Position numbers and translations under genes: made by a program. From positions 6,179-70,178 of the IMG/VR virus record IMGVR_UViG_3300030060_004544: 64,000 nt of DNA. The stretch is one strand, 5' to 3'. Origin of the DNA: a virus. Below the pieces are notes generated by a model, which saw only the letters and a list, made by a program, of their open reading frames with translations, did no database searches and was not told the origin of the DNA. This document shows, one piece after another, positions 10,300 to 18,206 of the stretch. Within the stretch, counting starts at the first letter, position 1. Each line of letters opens with the position of its first letter.

Positions 10300-11331
10300 A
10301 TGAATATACCTTATAGAACATCGGATACGCAACAAAATTATCATGCAGCTGATTTAACTTTTCGTGAAAATGGAGACATAGTCTGGACTAACCCTGTTAC
10401 TAATGAGATATGGGAAGTTATGATGGAGTGGGAAATACCAATCATGCAAAAAGCGGCAGAGGTGTGTGTTGACGCTGGTGCAGATGTTTTAGAGTGTGGT
10501 TTTGGCATGGGTATATTGTCAGACGCTATACAAGCTAGAAACCCAGGTACTCACACAATATGTGAAACGCATCCTCAAATAATACCTAAATTAAAAGCTT
10601 GGGCTGCAGATAAACCTAATGTAATTATCGTTGAAGACAAATGGTTGAGTTTGTTAAACGAGCGTAAAGGTTATGATGCAATACTAATGGACACATATGC
10701 AGACCCTGATTTACACCCTCATTTTAGATATTTTGTAAAACAAAAAGCAAAAGACGGAGCTAAAATAACATGGTGGAATTATAGTGGTGGAACAACAGAT
10801 GAGTATATGAAGTTTCACTGGGACGATGTAGTATTTCATAATGTAGCTATATCTCCACCTGAAAATCAGTATTATAATAGAAACGTGTATCCTGTTCCTG
10901 TTAAAGTTTACAATAGAGAAACAGGTTTTGGTGTATTATCAAGCTCTAGTTTTAATATAAGCGAAACAGAAAGCAAAGATCTACATGAAGTTAAATCATT
11001 TTTAACTTGTGATGTTTCAAATGGAACAAAAAGCGTTAAAAGTGTTGAAGGTGTTGAGAGATTAGCGATGTATTGCGAAGGTTTGTACACTTTAAATGAA
11101 AATTTAGTTATAGCTGGTTCACATCCTATATACGTAAAAAGAAATAATCAATGGACTACAGTTAAAGTAAATGAACTTGTAATTGGTGATAAACTATATG
11201 GTAAAAATGGAGAGGTTGAGCTAACAAGTAAAACTTTTGATTCGTCTGAAACAACAAGACAAATATATAAAGTAGTGCTTAATAACTATTTTGTTAACGA
11301 TATATTAGTGAAAGGAGGGTCTGATGCCTAA
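10300..11331 (+). CDS. RMT2/GAMT-like class I SAM methyltransferase fused to a degenerate Hint domain
   Basis: VMMEWEIPIM, VLECGFGMGI, HTICETHP, YDAILMDTY; C-terminal GSHPIYV...W..V..L.IGDKL...NYFVNDILV Hint pattern; ATG 10300 preferred over TTG 10279. Confidence 0.8.
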   Translation: MNIPYRTSDTQQNYHAADLTFRENGDIVWTNPVTNEIWEVMMEWEIPIMQKAAEVCVDAGADVLECGFGMGILSDAIQARNPGTHTICETHPQIIPKLKAWAADKPNVIIVEDKWLSLLNERKGYDAILMDTYADPDLHPHFRYFVKQKAKDGAKITWWNYSGGTTDEYMKFHWDDVVFHNVAISPPENQYYNRNVYPVPVKVYNRETGFGVLSSSSFNISETESKDLHEVKSFLTCDVSNGTKSVKSVEGVERLAMYCEGLYTLNENLVIAGSHPIYVKRNNQWTTVKVNELVIGDKLYGKNGEVELTSKTFDSSETTRQIYKVVLNNYFVNDILVKGGSDA

Positions 11332-13768
11332 TACTACTACTGTTTTCGGAACATCGAGGTTAACAACAATATCTGATTTTACTAATACTACTGTTTCTAC
11401 CAGTAGAAATACTACAACTACTTACACTACTAGTACTGTATACAATACGACAACTACTTTTAATACTACTACTAGTACAACCACTACGTATAATACTACT
11501 AAATCCACATCAACATCAAGAAATACTAGTTGGGCTACTAGTAGAAGTACTAGCACGGTTGTAGGTGCAGATATGGATGATGATGTAATGACTTTTTACA
11601 ACACTAGTACAAATACTTTAACGTCTAAAAGTACAAACACCACAACAACATACACTACAAGCACTACGTATCCTACAAGTAGATCAACAACAACAACTAC
11701 AAACTACAACACAAGTACTATTACGACAGAATCTAGTAACACTACAAGAGCTACATCAACTAGCAGAAATACTAGTTATGAAACTAGTAAAACTACAACT
11801 ACTACTTACAACACTACAAAATCTACATCAACAAGTAGAAACACCACTATTAGTACAAACAACAATACAACTACTACTTATAACACTACAAGAACTACAT
11901 CAACAAGTAGAAATACAACCGTATCTACTAATAGAAATACAACTACTACTTTCAACACAAGTACTATTACACAGACAAGTAGAAACACTTCATACAGCAC
12001 AAATAGAGATACAACAACGACATTTAATACTAGTACAACAACTACATTTAATACTACAACAACTTACAATACTAGTAGAAATACAACTACAACCTTTTCA
12101 ACAAGTACTAACACCGTAACTACGTTTAACACGCAGACGTTGACAACTTTTAACACTACAACTACTTTTAATACTAGTACTAATACGCAAACTAGTAGGA
12201 ACACAACTGTGTCTACAAATAAAAATACTACTACAACTTTTAACACAACAAAATCTACTACAACAACGTTTAATACGTCTAAATCAACAACAACGACGTT
12301 TAATACATCTACTACAACGACTTTTAACACGTCTAGAACAACAACTATTAGTACGAATAAAAATACCACTACAACGTTTAACACAACGAGAAGTACTCAA
12401 ACAACTTTTGCTACAAGTAAAAGTACTAGTACTGTGTTCAATACGTCTACAGTAACAACATTCAATACAAGTAGAACAACAACTGTTAGTACAAGTAGAA
12501 ATACAACAACAACCTTTAATACTACTAGGTCAACTCAAACTACATTTGCTACTAGTAAAAGTACCACAACAGTATTTAATACGAGTACAACTACTACTTT
12601 TAATACATCTAGATCTACCACGGTAAGTACAAGTAGAAACACCACGACTACTTTTAATACTACTAGAACTACGCAAACTACTTTTGCTACTAGTAAATCA
12701 ACTACTACAGTGTTTAACACCAGTACGACTACCACGTTTAACACATCAAGATCTACAACTATTAGCACAAGTAGAAATACTACAACTGTATACGCTACTA
12801 GTAAATCAACAACTACTACGTTTAATACGTCTACAACGACAACTTTCAACACTAGTAGATCTACTACAGTATCTACAAGTAGAAATACAACTACGACTTT
12901 TAATACTAGTAAAAATACAACCACAACATTTAACACTAGTACAACAACTACATTTAACACTAGTAGATCAACGACTGTTTCTACCAGTAGAAATACTACG
13001 ACTACGTTTAATACAACTAAAAGTACTACTACGACGTTTAATACTTCTAAAAGTACTACAACCGTATTTAACACATCAACTACGACAACATTTAATACTA
13101 GTAGGTCTACTACTATAAGCACATCTAGATCTACGACTACAATATTTAATACAAGTAAGTCTACTACTACTACGTTTCAAACAAGTACTAATACCACTAC
13201 GACTTTTAATACAAGTACGACTACCACTTTTGAAACTAGTAGATCAACAACTATAAGTACGTCAAGAAGTACAACGACCACGTTTAATACAACTAAATCT
13301 ACTACGACCACATTCAATACTAGTAAGAGTACAACAACGGTGTTTAATACTTCAACAACAACTACTTTTAATACTAGTAGAAGTACTACTGTTAGTACTA
13401 GTAGAAGTACAACAACTACTTTTAACACAACAAAAGCAACAACTACAAACTACAACACAAGTACTGACACGACTACTACTTTTAACACTAGTACGACTAC
13501 AACTTTTAATACCACTAGAGTTACAACAGTTAGTACGTCTAAAAATACTACGACTACATTTAACACGACTAAAACTACACAAACAACTTTTAGTACAAGT
13601 AAGAGTACCACCACAACTTTTAACACAACAAAGAGTACTACTACAATATTTAACACTACTACAGTGTTTAATACTAGTACAACTACTACGTTTGAAACTA
13701 ATACTAACTGGTATGATGGTGATCCTGGTAATTATGGTCAATTAGGTGATGTATCCTTTGATAGGTAG
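11324..13768 (+). CDS. Thr/Ser-rich repeat protein B (mirror partner of protein A)
   Basis: 814 aa of the same unit alphabet; short acidic loop GADMDDDVM; ends NWYDGDPGNYGQLGDVSFDR. Confidence 0.85.
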   Translation: MPNTTTVFGTSRLTTISDFTNTTVSTSRNTTTTYTTSTVYNTTTTFNTTTSTTTTYNTTKSTSTSRNTSWATSRSTSTVVGADMDDDVMTFYNTSTNTLTSKSTNTTTTYTTSTTYPTSRSTTTTTNYNTSTITTESSNTTRATSTSRNTSYETSKTTTTTYNTTKSTSTSRNTTISTNNNTTTTYNTTRTTSTSRNTTVSTNRNTTTTFNTSTITQTSRNTSYSTNRDTTTTFNTSTTTTFNTTTTYNTSRNTTTTFSTSTNTVTTFNTQTLTTFNTTTTFNTSTNTQTSRNTTVSTNKNTTTTFNTTKSTTTTFNTSKSTTTTFNTSTTTTFNTSRTTTISTNKNTTTTFNTTRSTQTTFATSKSTSTVFNTSTVTTFNTSRTTTVSTSRNTTTTFNTTRSTQTTFATSKSTTTVFNTSTTTTFNTSRSTTVSTSRNTTTTFNTTRTTQTTFATSKSTTTVFNTSTTTTFNTSRSTTISTSRNTTTVYATSKSTTTTFNTSTTTTFNTSRSTTVSTSRNTTTTFNTSKNTTTTFNTSTTTTFNTSRSTTVSTSRNTTTTFNTTKSTTTTFNTSKSTTTVFNTSTTTTFNTSRSTTISTSRSTTTIFNTSKSTTTTFQTSTNTTTTFNTSTTTTFETSRSTTISTSRSTTTTFNTTKSTTTTFNTSKSTTTVFNTSTTTTFNTSRSTTVSTSRSTTTTFNTTKATTTNYNTSTDTTTTFNTSTTTTFNTTRVTTVSTSKNTTTTFNTTKTTQTTFSTSKSTTTTFNTTKSTTTIFNTTTVFNTSTTTTFETNTNWYDGDPGNYGQLGDVSFDR
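11603..13696 (+). repeat. Coding tandem repeat array of 80 peptide units, reverse order of 7436-9529
   Basis: 10-mer blocks in order 3,3,3,3,2,2,3,3,3,3,4; 2094 nt, the same length as the array in gene A. Confidence 0.9.
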
Positions 13769-13771
13769 AAA

Positions 13772-13797
13772 AGCGTAAAAACGTGTAACTATTATAA
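13772..13797 (+). promoter_or_regulatory. Candidate phage promoter motif AGCG-N8-TGTAACTAT
   Basis: Intergenic; similar motifs at 14718, 42000 and 60762 (- strand). Confidence 0.45.
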
Positions 13798-13821
13798 TAC
13801 TAATAAATTAAATTTAATTAT

Positions 13822-14715
13822 ATGGAAATGTTTAATAGACGTGAGTTGGACAAAAGAATTGGCCATCTCAAAAAAAATAAAAAACTTGAAAGTTTAGAAC
13901 AAGTAGAAGGATACTTTATAAGAAAGTGTACTGAAGCTGGTATTGATTTTAGCTATGATGTTATGGCTGATGAAATGCCTCATTTTAAAACTTTAGCATA
14001 TACTGAGTTTGCTACTAGTTTTTACATGCAACCTCTAAACACAAAACTTAGATACGCTCAAATGATTGACGCATACGATGATGATTGTGATGTTGTTGAT
14101 TACTCATCTTATTTAATTGAAAATGTTATGAGTAAAAATGCTAATAAGTATCAAGATAGAGACTCTAAGTTTGATCAATATGAGCCGAAAGATAATATTG
14201 TTATATTACCTGGCTCAAATAAAGTAAAATCCAATATTTGCTTAAACAGATTAAAGTTTTTAGCAAATAAACATGGTAATAACATGTATTTTAAGCCACA
14301 TCCTATAACAACACATCAAATTATAGGTGAGTTAAAAGACTTTTTTGGCGACCAAAATATATTACCAAGGGATATAGATATGTATTATTATTTACAAAAA
14401 GCAAATAACGTATACACTACTCATATTAGTGAAAGTATGATATACGCGGCTGTTTTAGGTAAAAAAATTGAACCTATTGACGTTTGGAATAACATACAAA
14501 TGGGATCTTTTTATTGCATTAACAACCATTTGCTTGATAATCAACATGATATTAAAAATTATATCAATAAGTGTTTTTCAAGTCCAAAGTCTGGTATTAT
14601 AAACCCAGCTGTAGACAAAAATTGGAAAGAAAAAATAGATAAATACTTACAATACATACTTAAAAAACGAGAAATGTACAAAGACTGGTTTATAGCTGAA
14701 CCAAAAAAGAAGTAA
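13822..14715 (+). CDS. KpsS/KpsC (capsule synthesis)-like GT-B glycosyltransferase, probable CMP-sugar donor
   Basis: YFKPHP motif followed by LQKANNVYTTHISESMIYAAVLGKKI, matching the K.HP ... L...D.V.T..S...EA...GK.V pattern. Confidence 0.6.
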   Translation: MEMFNRRELDKRIGHLKKNKKLESLEQVEGYFIRKCTEAGIDFSYDVMADEMPHFKTLAYTEFATSFYMQPLNTKLRYAQMIDAYDDDCDVVDYSSYLIENVMSKNANKYQDRDSKFDQYEPKDNIVILPGSNKVKSNICLNRLKFLANKHGNNMYFKPHPITTHQIIGELKDFFGDQNILPRDIDMYYYLQKANNVYTTHISESMIYAAVLGKKIEPIDVWNNIQMGSFYCINNHLLDNQHDIKNYINKCFSSPKSGIINPAVDKNWKEKIDKYLQYILKKREMYKDWFIAEPKKK

Positions 14716-14717
14716 AA

Positions 14718-14744
14718 AGCGTGACAATTGCGTGATAATATAAA
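14718..14744 (+). promoter_or_regulatory. Candidate phage promoter motif AGCG-N9-CGTGATAAT
   Basis: Intergenic, ahead of the packaging operon. Confidence 0.45.
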
Positions 14745-14765
14745 AGAAAACTAAAATTTAATATA

Positions 14766-15005
14766 ATGGCAAAAAAAATAACAAAAAAAGAATTAGCTGA
14801 ACTACAAGATAATATAAAAAGTTTAAACAGCGTTCAAATTAAAATTGGTGAGCTTGAACTAGGTAAATTAAACTTAGCTGCTCAATTTAATCAACTAAAT
14901 AGTAACATGAAAGAGTTTCAGGCTAAACTTGAAGAAAAGTATGGCTCTGTAAACATTAATGTTAACACTGGAGAAATTAAAGATGAAACTAATAAGAAAA
15001 ATTAG
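14766..15005 (+). CDS. Small coiled-coil protein
   Basis: 79 aa with heptad pattern; ends LEEKYGSVNINVNTGEI. Confidence 0.7.
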   Translation: MAKKITKKELAELQDNIKSLNSVQIKIGELELGKLNLAAQFNQLNSNMKEFQAKLEEKYGSVNINVNTGEIKDETNKKN

Positions 15006-15201
15006 CATAGGTAGAGATTACAAGAACGATGCAATGCATTATTCAGTTGGTCAAGAAGTTTATGGTAATCATATTATATGTGACATCATAGAATCTAAAG
15101 ACAAGTTTAGTGTTTTAATTGAAAAAAACAACGAGGTTTTACCTTGGAAAGATTTTAATAAAAACATGGCTGTATCAGTTGAATATAATCTTGAGTATTA
15201 A
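14983..15201 (+). CDS. Hypothetical protein
   Basis: MKLIRKISIG...; TAATG coupling to next gene. Confidence 0.7.
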   Translation: MKLIRKISIGRDYKNDAMHYSVGQEVYGNHIICDIIESKDKFSVLIEKNNEVLPWKDFNKNMAVSVEYNLEY

Positions 15202-15779
15202 TGAAAGGAACGTTTTATTTTTTAATAAAACCTAAAACGCAACGATACAATAATACCAAGAAAATTGGTGATAAAGAACTTATTTTAAACTCTGAAATTT
15301 ACAACCATCAATATGTTAGCCGTGAGGCTGTTGTTGTAGGTTTACCTTCAGAGTTTAACTCACCAATTGAAGAAGGTGATGAAGTAATCGTGCATCATAA
15401 TGTATTTAGAAGATGGCACGATGCAAGAGGTAGAGAGCGTAATTCAGGTAGTTATATAAAAGAAGATTTATACAGAGTTAGTGTAGATCAGATATTTGCT
15501 TATAAAAAAATAGTAAACTGGCAAGCTTTACCAGGTTATTCATTTATAAAGCCCACACAAAAGCAAGATGGATCTGAAGCCGATCAAATAGGTATTGTAA
15601 AATATTCCGATGGTAGTTTTAAAAAAGGCGAACTAGTAGGTTATAATAAAGCAGCTGAATATGAGTTTATTATAGGCGCTGAAAGATTATACAGGGTTCC
15701 AAACATTTTTATTGAAATTAAATATGAGTACAAAGGAAAAGAAAAAGAATATAATCCAAGCTGGTTACAGAGCGGTTGA
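15201..15779 (+). CDS. GroES-like protein, probably two tandem domains
   Basis: FLIKP...ELIL...AVVVGLP...IEEGDEVIV then FIKP...GIVKY...KKGELVGY, i.e. the Cpn10 strand pattern twice. Confidence 0.5.
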   Translation: MKGTFYFLIKPKTQRYNNTKKIGDKELILNSEIYNHQYVSREAVVVGLPSEFNSPIEEGDEVIVHHNVFRRWHDARGRERNSGSYIKEDLYRVSVDQIFAYKKIVNWQALPGYSFIKPTQKQDGSEADQIGIVKYSDGSFKKGELVGYNKAAEYEFIIGAERLYRVPNIFIEIKYEYKGKEKEYNPSWLQSG

Positions 15780-15996
15780 CGAGTTGGTTAAGGTTGCTAA
15801 AGAGCCTATAGTAGAAACTGAAGATGATGTTTCTGCTGATAGATTAAAAAACGCTGCGGCCACAAAAAAACTAGCTATATTCGATGCTTTTGAAATACTT
15901 AACCGTATTGAAGCTGAACAAGCAATGCTTGATGGTGTTGTAAAAGAAACTAAGCAAGAGTCTTTTGGTGGTTTCGCAGAAAGAAGATCTAAGTAA
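15724..15996 (+). CDS. Helical protein, candidate terminase small subunit
   Basis: Immediately upstream of and TAATG-coupled to terL; function inferred from position only. Confidence 0.45.
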   Translation: MSTKEKKKNIIQAGYRAVDELVKVAKEPIVETEDDVSADRLKNAAATKKLAIFDAFEILNRIEAEQAMLDGVVKETKQESFGGFAERRSK

Positions 15997-18206
15997 TGTA
16001 TAATCAAAGTTTATGTGAAATTGTTAAGCCAATAAAATTAAACACAATTAAAAGGCTTAATAAAAAAAAGGCTTGGAAATATGGCTATAATAAAGAACAC
16101 GATGTTGTAGTTATTAGCAAAGATGGTACAATAGGTGATGTGTATAGCATACAAAACTTAAAAATAGCATTACCTAAGCAACCAAAGAAAGTACATAAGT
16201 TTGAAAAAAACAAATGGCAAGTTACGCCATATCCAAAAGAATTGAATCAAATAAAAACTATTTTTGATTGGAGAGATTACCCAGCTAATTTTAAAGAAAA
16301 GTATATAGATTACATAGAAGATGAGTTCAGAAGAAGAGAAAATGGTTTCTGGTTTTATAACAAGGGTGTTGCTACTTATATTAGCGGTACTCACTATATG
16401 TATCTCCAGTGGTCTAAAATAGACGTAGGTAAACCCGATTTTAGAGAAGCAAATAGATTATTTTATATATTTTGGGAAGCTTGTAAAGCTGATAGTAGAT
16501 GTTATGGTATGTGCTACCTTAAAAACAGACGATCTGGTTTTTCATTTATGGCTTCAGGTGAAACAGTTAATTTAGCTACAATATCAAGCGATGCAAGGTT
16601 TGGTATATTATCTAAATCAGGTGCTGATGCTAAAAAAATGTTTACTGACAAGGTTGTACCAATATCAGTTAATTATCCTTTCTTTTTCAAACCGATTCAA
16701 GATGGTATGGATCGACCAAAAACAGAGTTAGCTTATAGAGTACCAGCCTCAAAACTTACAAGAAGAAAAATAACAAGCAACGATAAACCTGAAGAGCTAA
16801 CAGGTCTTGATACGACGATAGACTGGAAAAACACGGGTGATAACAGTTATGATGGTGAAAAGCTAAAATTATTAGTACATGATGAATCTGGTAAGTGGGA
16901 AAGACCAGATAACATATTAAATAACTGGAGGGTAACAAAAACTACTTTACGATTAGGTAGTAGAATTATAGGAAAATGTATGATGGGATCAACGTGTAAC
17001 GCGTTAGACAAGGGTGGTGATAATTTTAAAAAGTTATATTATAATTCAGATGTTACTAAGCGAAACAGAAATGGTCAAACTAATTCGGGTTTGTACTCTT
17101 TTTTTATTCCAATGGAGTGGAACTATGAGGGTTTTATTGATGAATACGGGATACCTGTATTTGAAAATCCAGAAACAGAAGTATACGGTCCTCATAACGA
17201 TGTTATTGATACTGGAGTTATTGCGCACTGGCAAAACGAAGCGGATGGGTTAAAAAACGACCAAGATGCTTTAAACGAATATTATAGACAGTTTCCAAGA
17301 ACTGAAGAACACGCTTTCAGAGATGAAACTAAAAATAGTATATTTAATCTAGTAAAAATATACGAGCAAATTGATTATAATGAAATGCAAAGCAAACCCA
17401 TAAAAGGTAGTTTTGTATGGGAAAATGGTATTAAAGATACTAACGTTAGATTTTATCCAGATGAAACTGGTAGATTTAATTTATCTTGGGTTCCATCAGT
17501 TAATCTACAAAATAGATATTTTATTAAAAACGGTAAAAAATATCCTGGTAATGAGCACATAGGTGCTTTTGGTTGTGATAGTTATGACATATCAGGTACT
17601 GTTGATAATAGAGGTTCTAAAGGCGCTTTACACGGTTTAACTAAGTTTAGTATGGAAGACGCGCCGCCTAACGAGTTTTTTTTAGAATATATTGCAAGAC
17701 CTGATACAGCTGAAATGTTTTTTGAAGATGTATTAATGGCGTTGGTATTTTACGGCATGCCAATACTTGCAGAAAATAATAAACCTAGATTATTATACTA
17801 TTTAAAACGTAGAGGTTATAGAGGTTATTCAATGAATAGACCTGATAAGCTTTGGAACAAATTATCTACAGCTGAAAAAGAAATAGGAGGTATACCAAAC
17901 TCCAGTGAAGATATTAAACAAGCACATGCTGCAGCTATTGAAAGTTATATACAGCAGTACGTTGGTTTAAAAGAAGAGGGACAATATGGTAATATATCAT
18001 TTAATATAACTTTAAATGATTGGGCTAGATTTGATATTAATAATAGAACAAAGTTTGATGCTACTATTAGTTCAGGTTTAGCAATTATGGCTTGTAATAA
18101 AAATTTATATAGGCCAAGTCCAAAAAGAGAAAATACAACAATAAATTTTGGTTTTACAAAATACAACAATAAAGGTATGTCATCAAAACTGATAACTAAT
18201 GATTAA
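15996..18206 (+). CDS. terL: Terminase large subunit
   Basis: Walker A-like LKNRRSGFS, Walker B LLVHDESGK, GST coupling motif, nuclease FGCDSYD and FDATIS. Confidence 0.92.
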   Translation: MYNQSLCEIVKPIKLNTIKRLNKKKAWKYGYNKEHDVVVISKDGTIGDVYSIQNLKIALPKQPKKVHKFEKNKWQVTPYPKELNQIKTIFDWRDYPANFKEKYIDYIEDEFRRRENGFWFYNKGVATYISGTHYMYLQWSKIDVGKPDFREANRLFYIFWEACKADSRCYGMCYLKNRRSGFSFMASGETVNLATISSDARFGILSKSGADAKKMFTDKVVPISVNYPFFFKPIQDGMDRPKTELAYRVPASKLTRRKITSNDKPEELTGLDTTIDWKNTGDNSYDGEKLKLLVHDESGKWERPDNILNNWRVTKTTLRLGSRIIGKCMMGSTCNALDKGGDNFKKLYYNSDVTKRNRNGQTNSGLYSFFIPMEWNYEGFIDEYGIPVFENPETEVYGPHNDVIDTGVIAHWQNEADGLKNDQDALNEYYRQFPRTEEHAFRDETKNSIFNLVKIYEQIDYNEMQSKPIKGSFVWENGIKDTNVRFYPDETGRFNLSWVPSVNLQNRYFIKNGKKYPGNEHIGAFGCDSYDISGTVDNRGSKGALHGLTKFSMEDAPPNEFFLEYIARPDTAEMFFEDVLMALVFYGMPILAENNKPRLLYYLKRRGYRGYSMNRPDKLWNKLSTAEKEIGGIPNSSEDIKQAHAAAIESYIQQYVGLKEEGQYGNISFNITLNDWARFDINNRTKFDATISSGLAIMACNKNLYRPSPKRENTTINFGFTKYNNKGMSSKLITND

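Noticed and set aside
10930-11331. Active intein or Hint splicing A to B
   Set aside because: Cys1, block-B Thr and terminal His-Asn are all substituted, and stop codons separate the three ORFs; A and B sharing a frame has a 1-in-3 chance
7436-13696. CRISPR array or DNA-level inverted repeat explaining the A/B mirror
   Set aside because: Repeats are in-frame peptide units with synonymous variation and no unique spacers; both genes are on the same strand, so the mirror exists only in peptide unit order. ACTAGT/AGTACT palindromes are just Thr-Ser and Ser-Thr codons
7306-13741. Long Val-rich - strand ORFs and Leu/Gln-rich alternative-frame ORFs over the Thr-rich genes
   Set aside because: Shadows of ACN-rich low-complexity coding; fragmented, no leaders, against the local gene direction
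7394-13768. N-glycosylation at the many N-T-S/T sequons, or TxT ice-binding solenoid
   Set aside because: No oligosaccharyltransferase or signal peptide is seen, and sequons follow from composition. Mixed 6/8/10/12 units without Gly/Pro/Cys turns do not fit a regular solenoid and would not explain the mirror order. Not fully excluded
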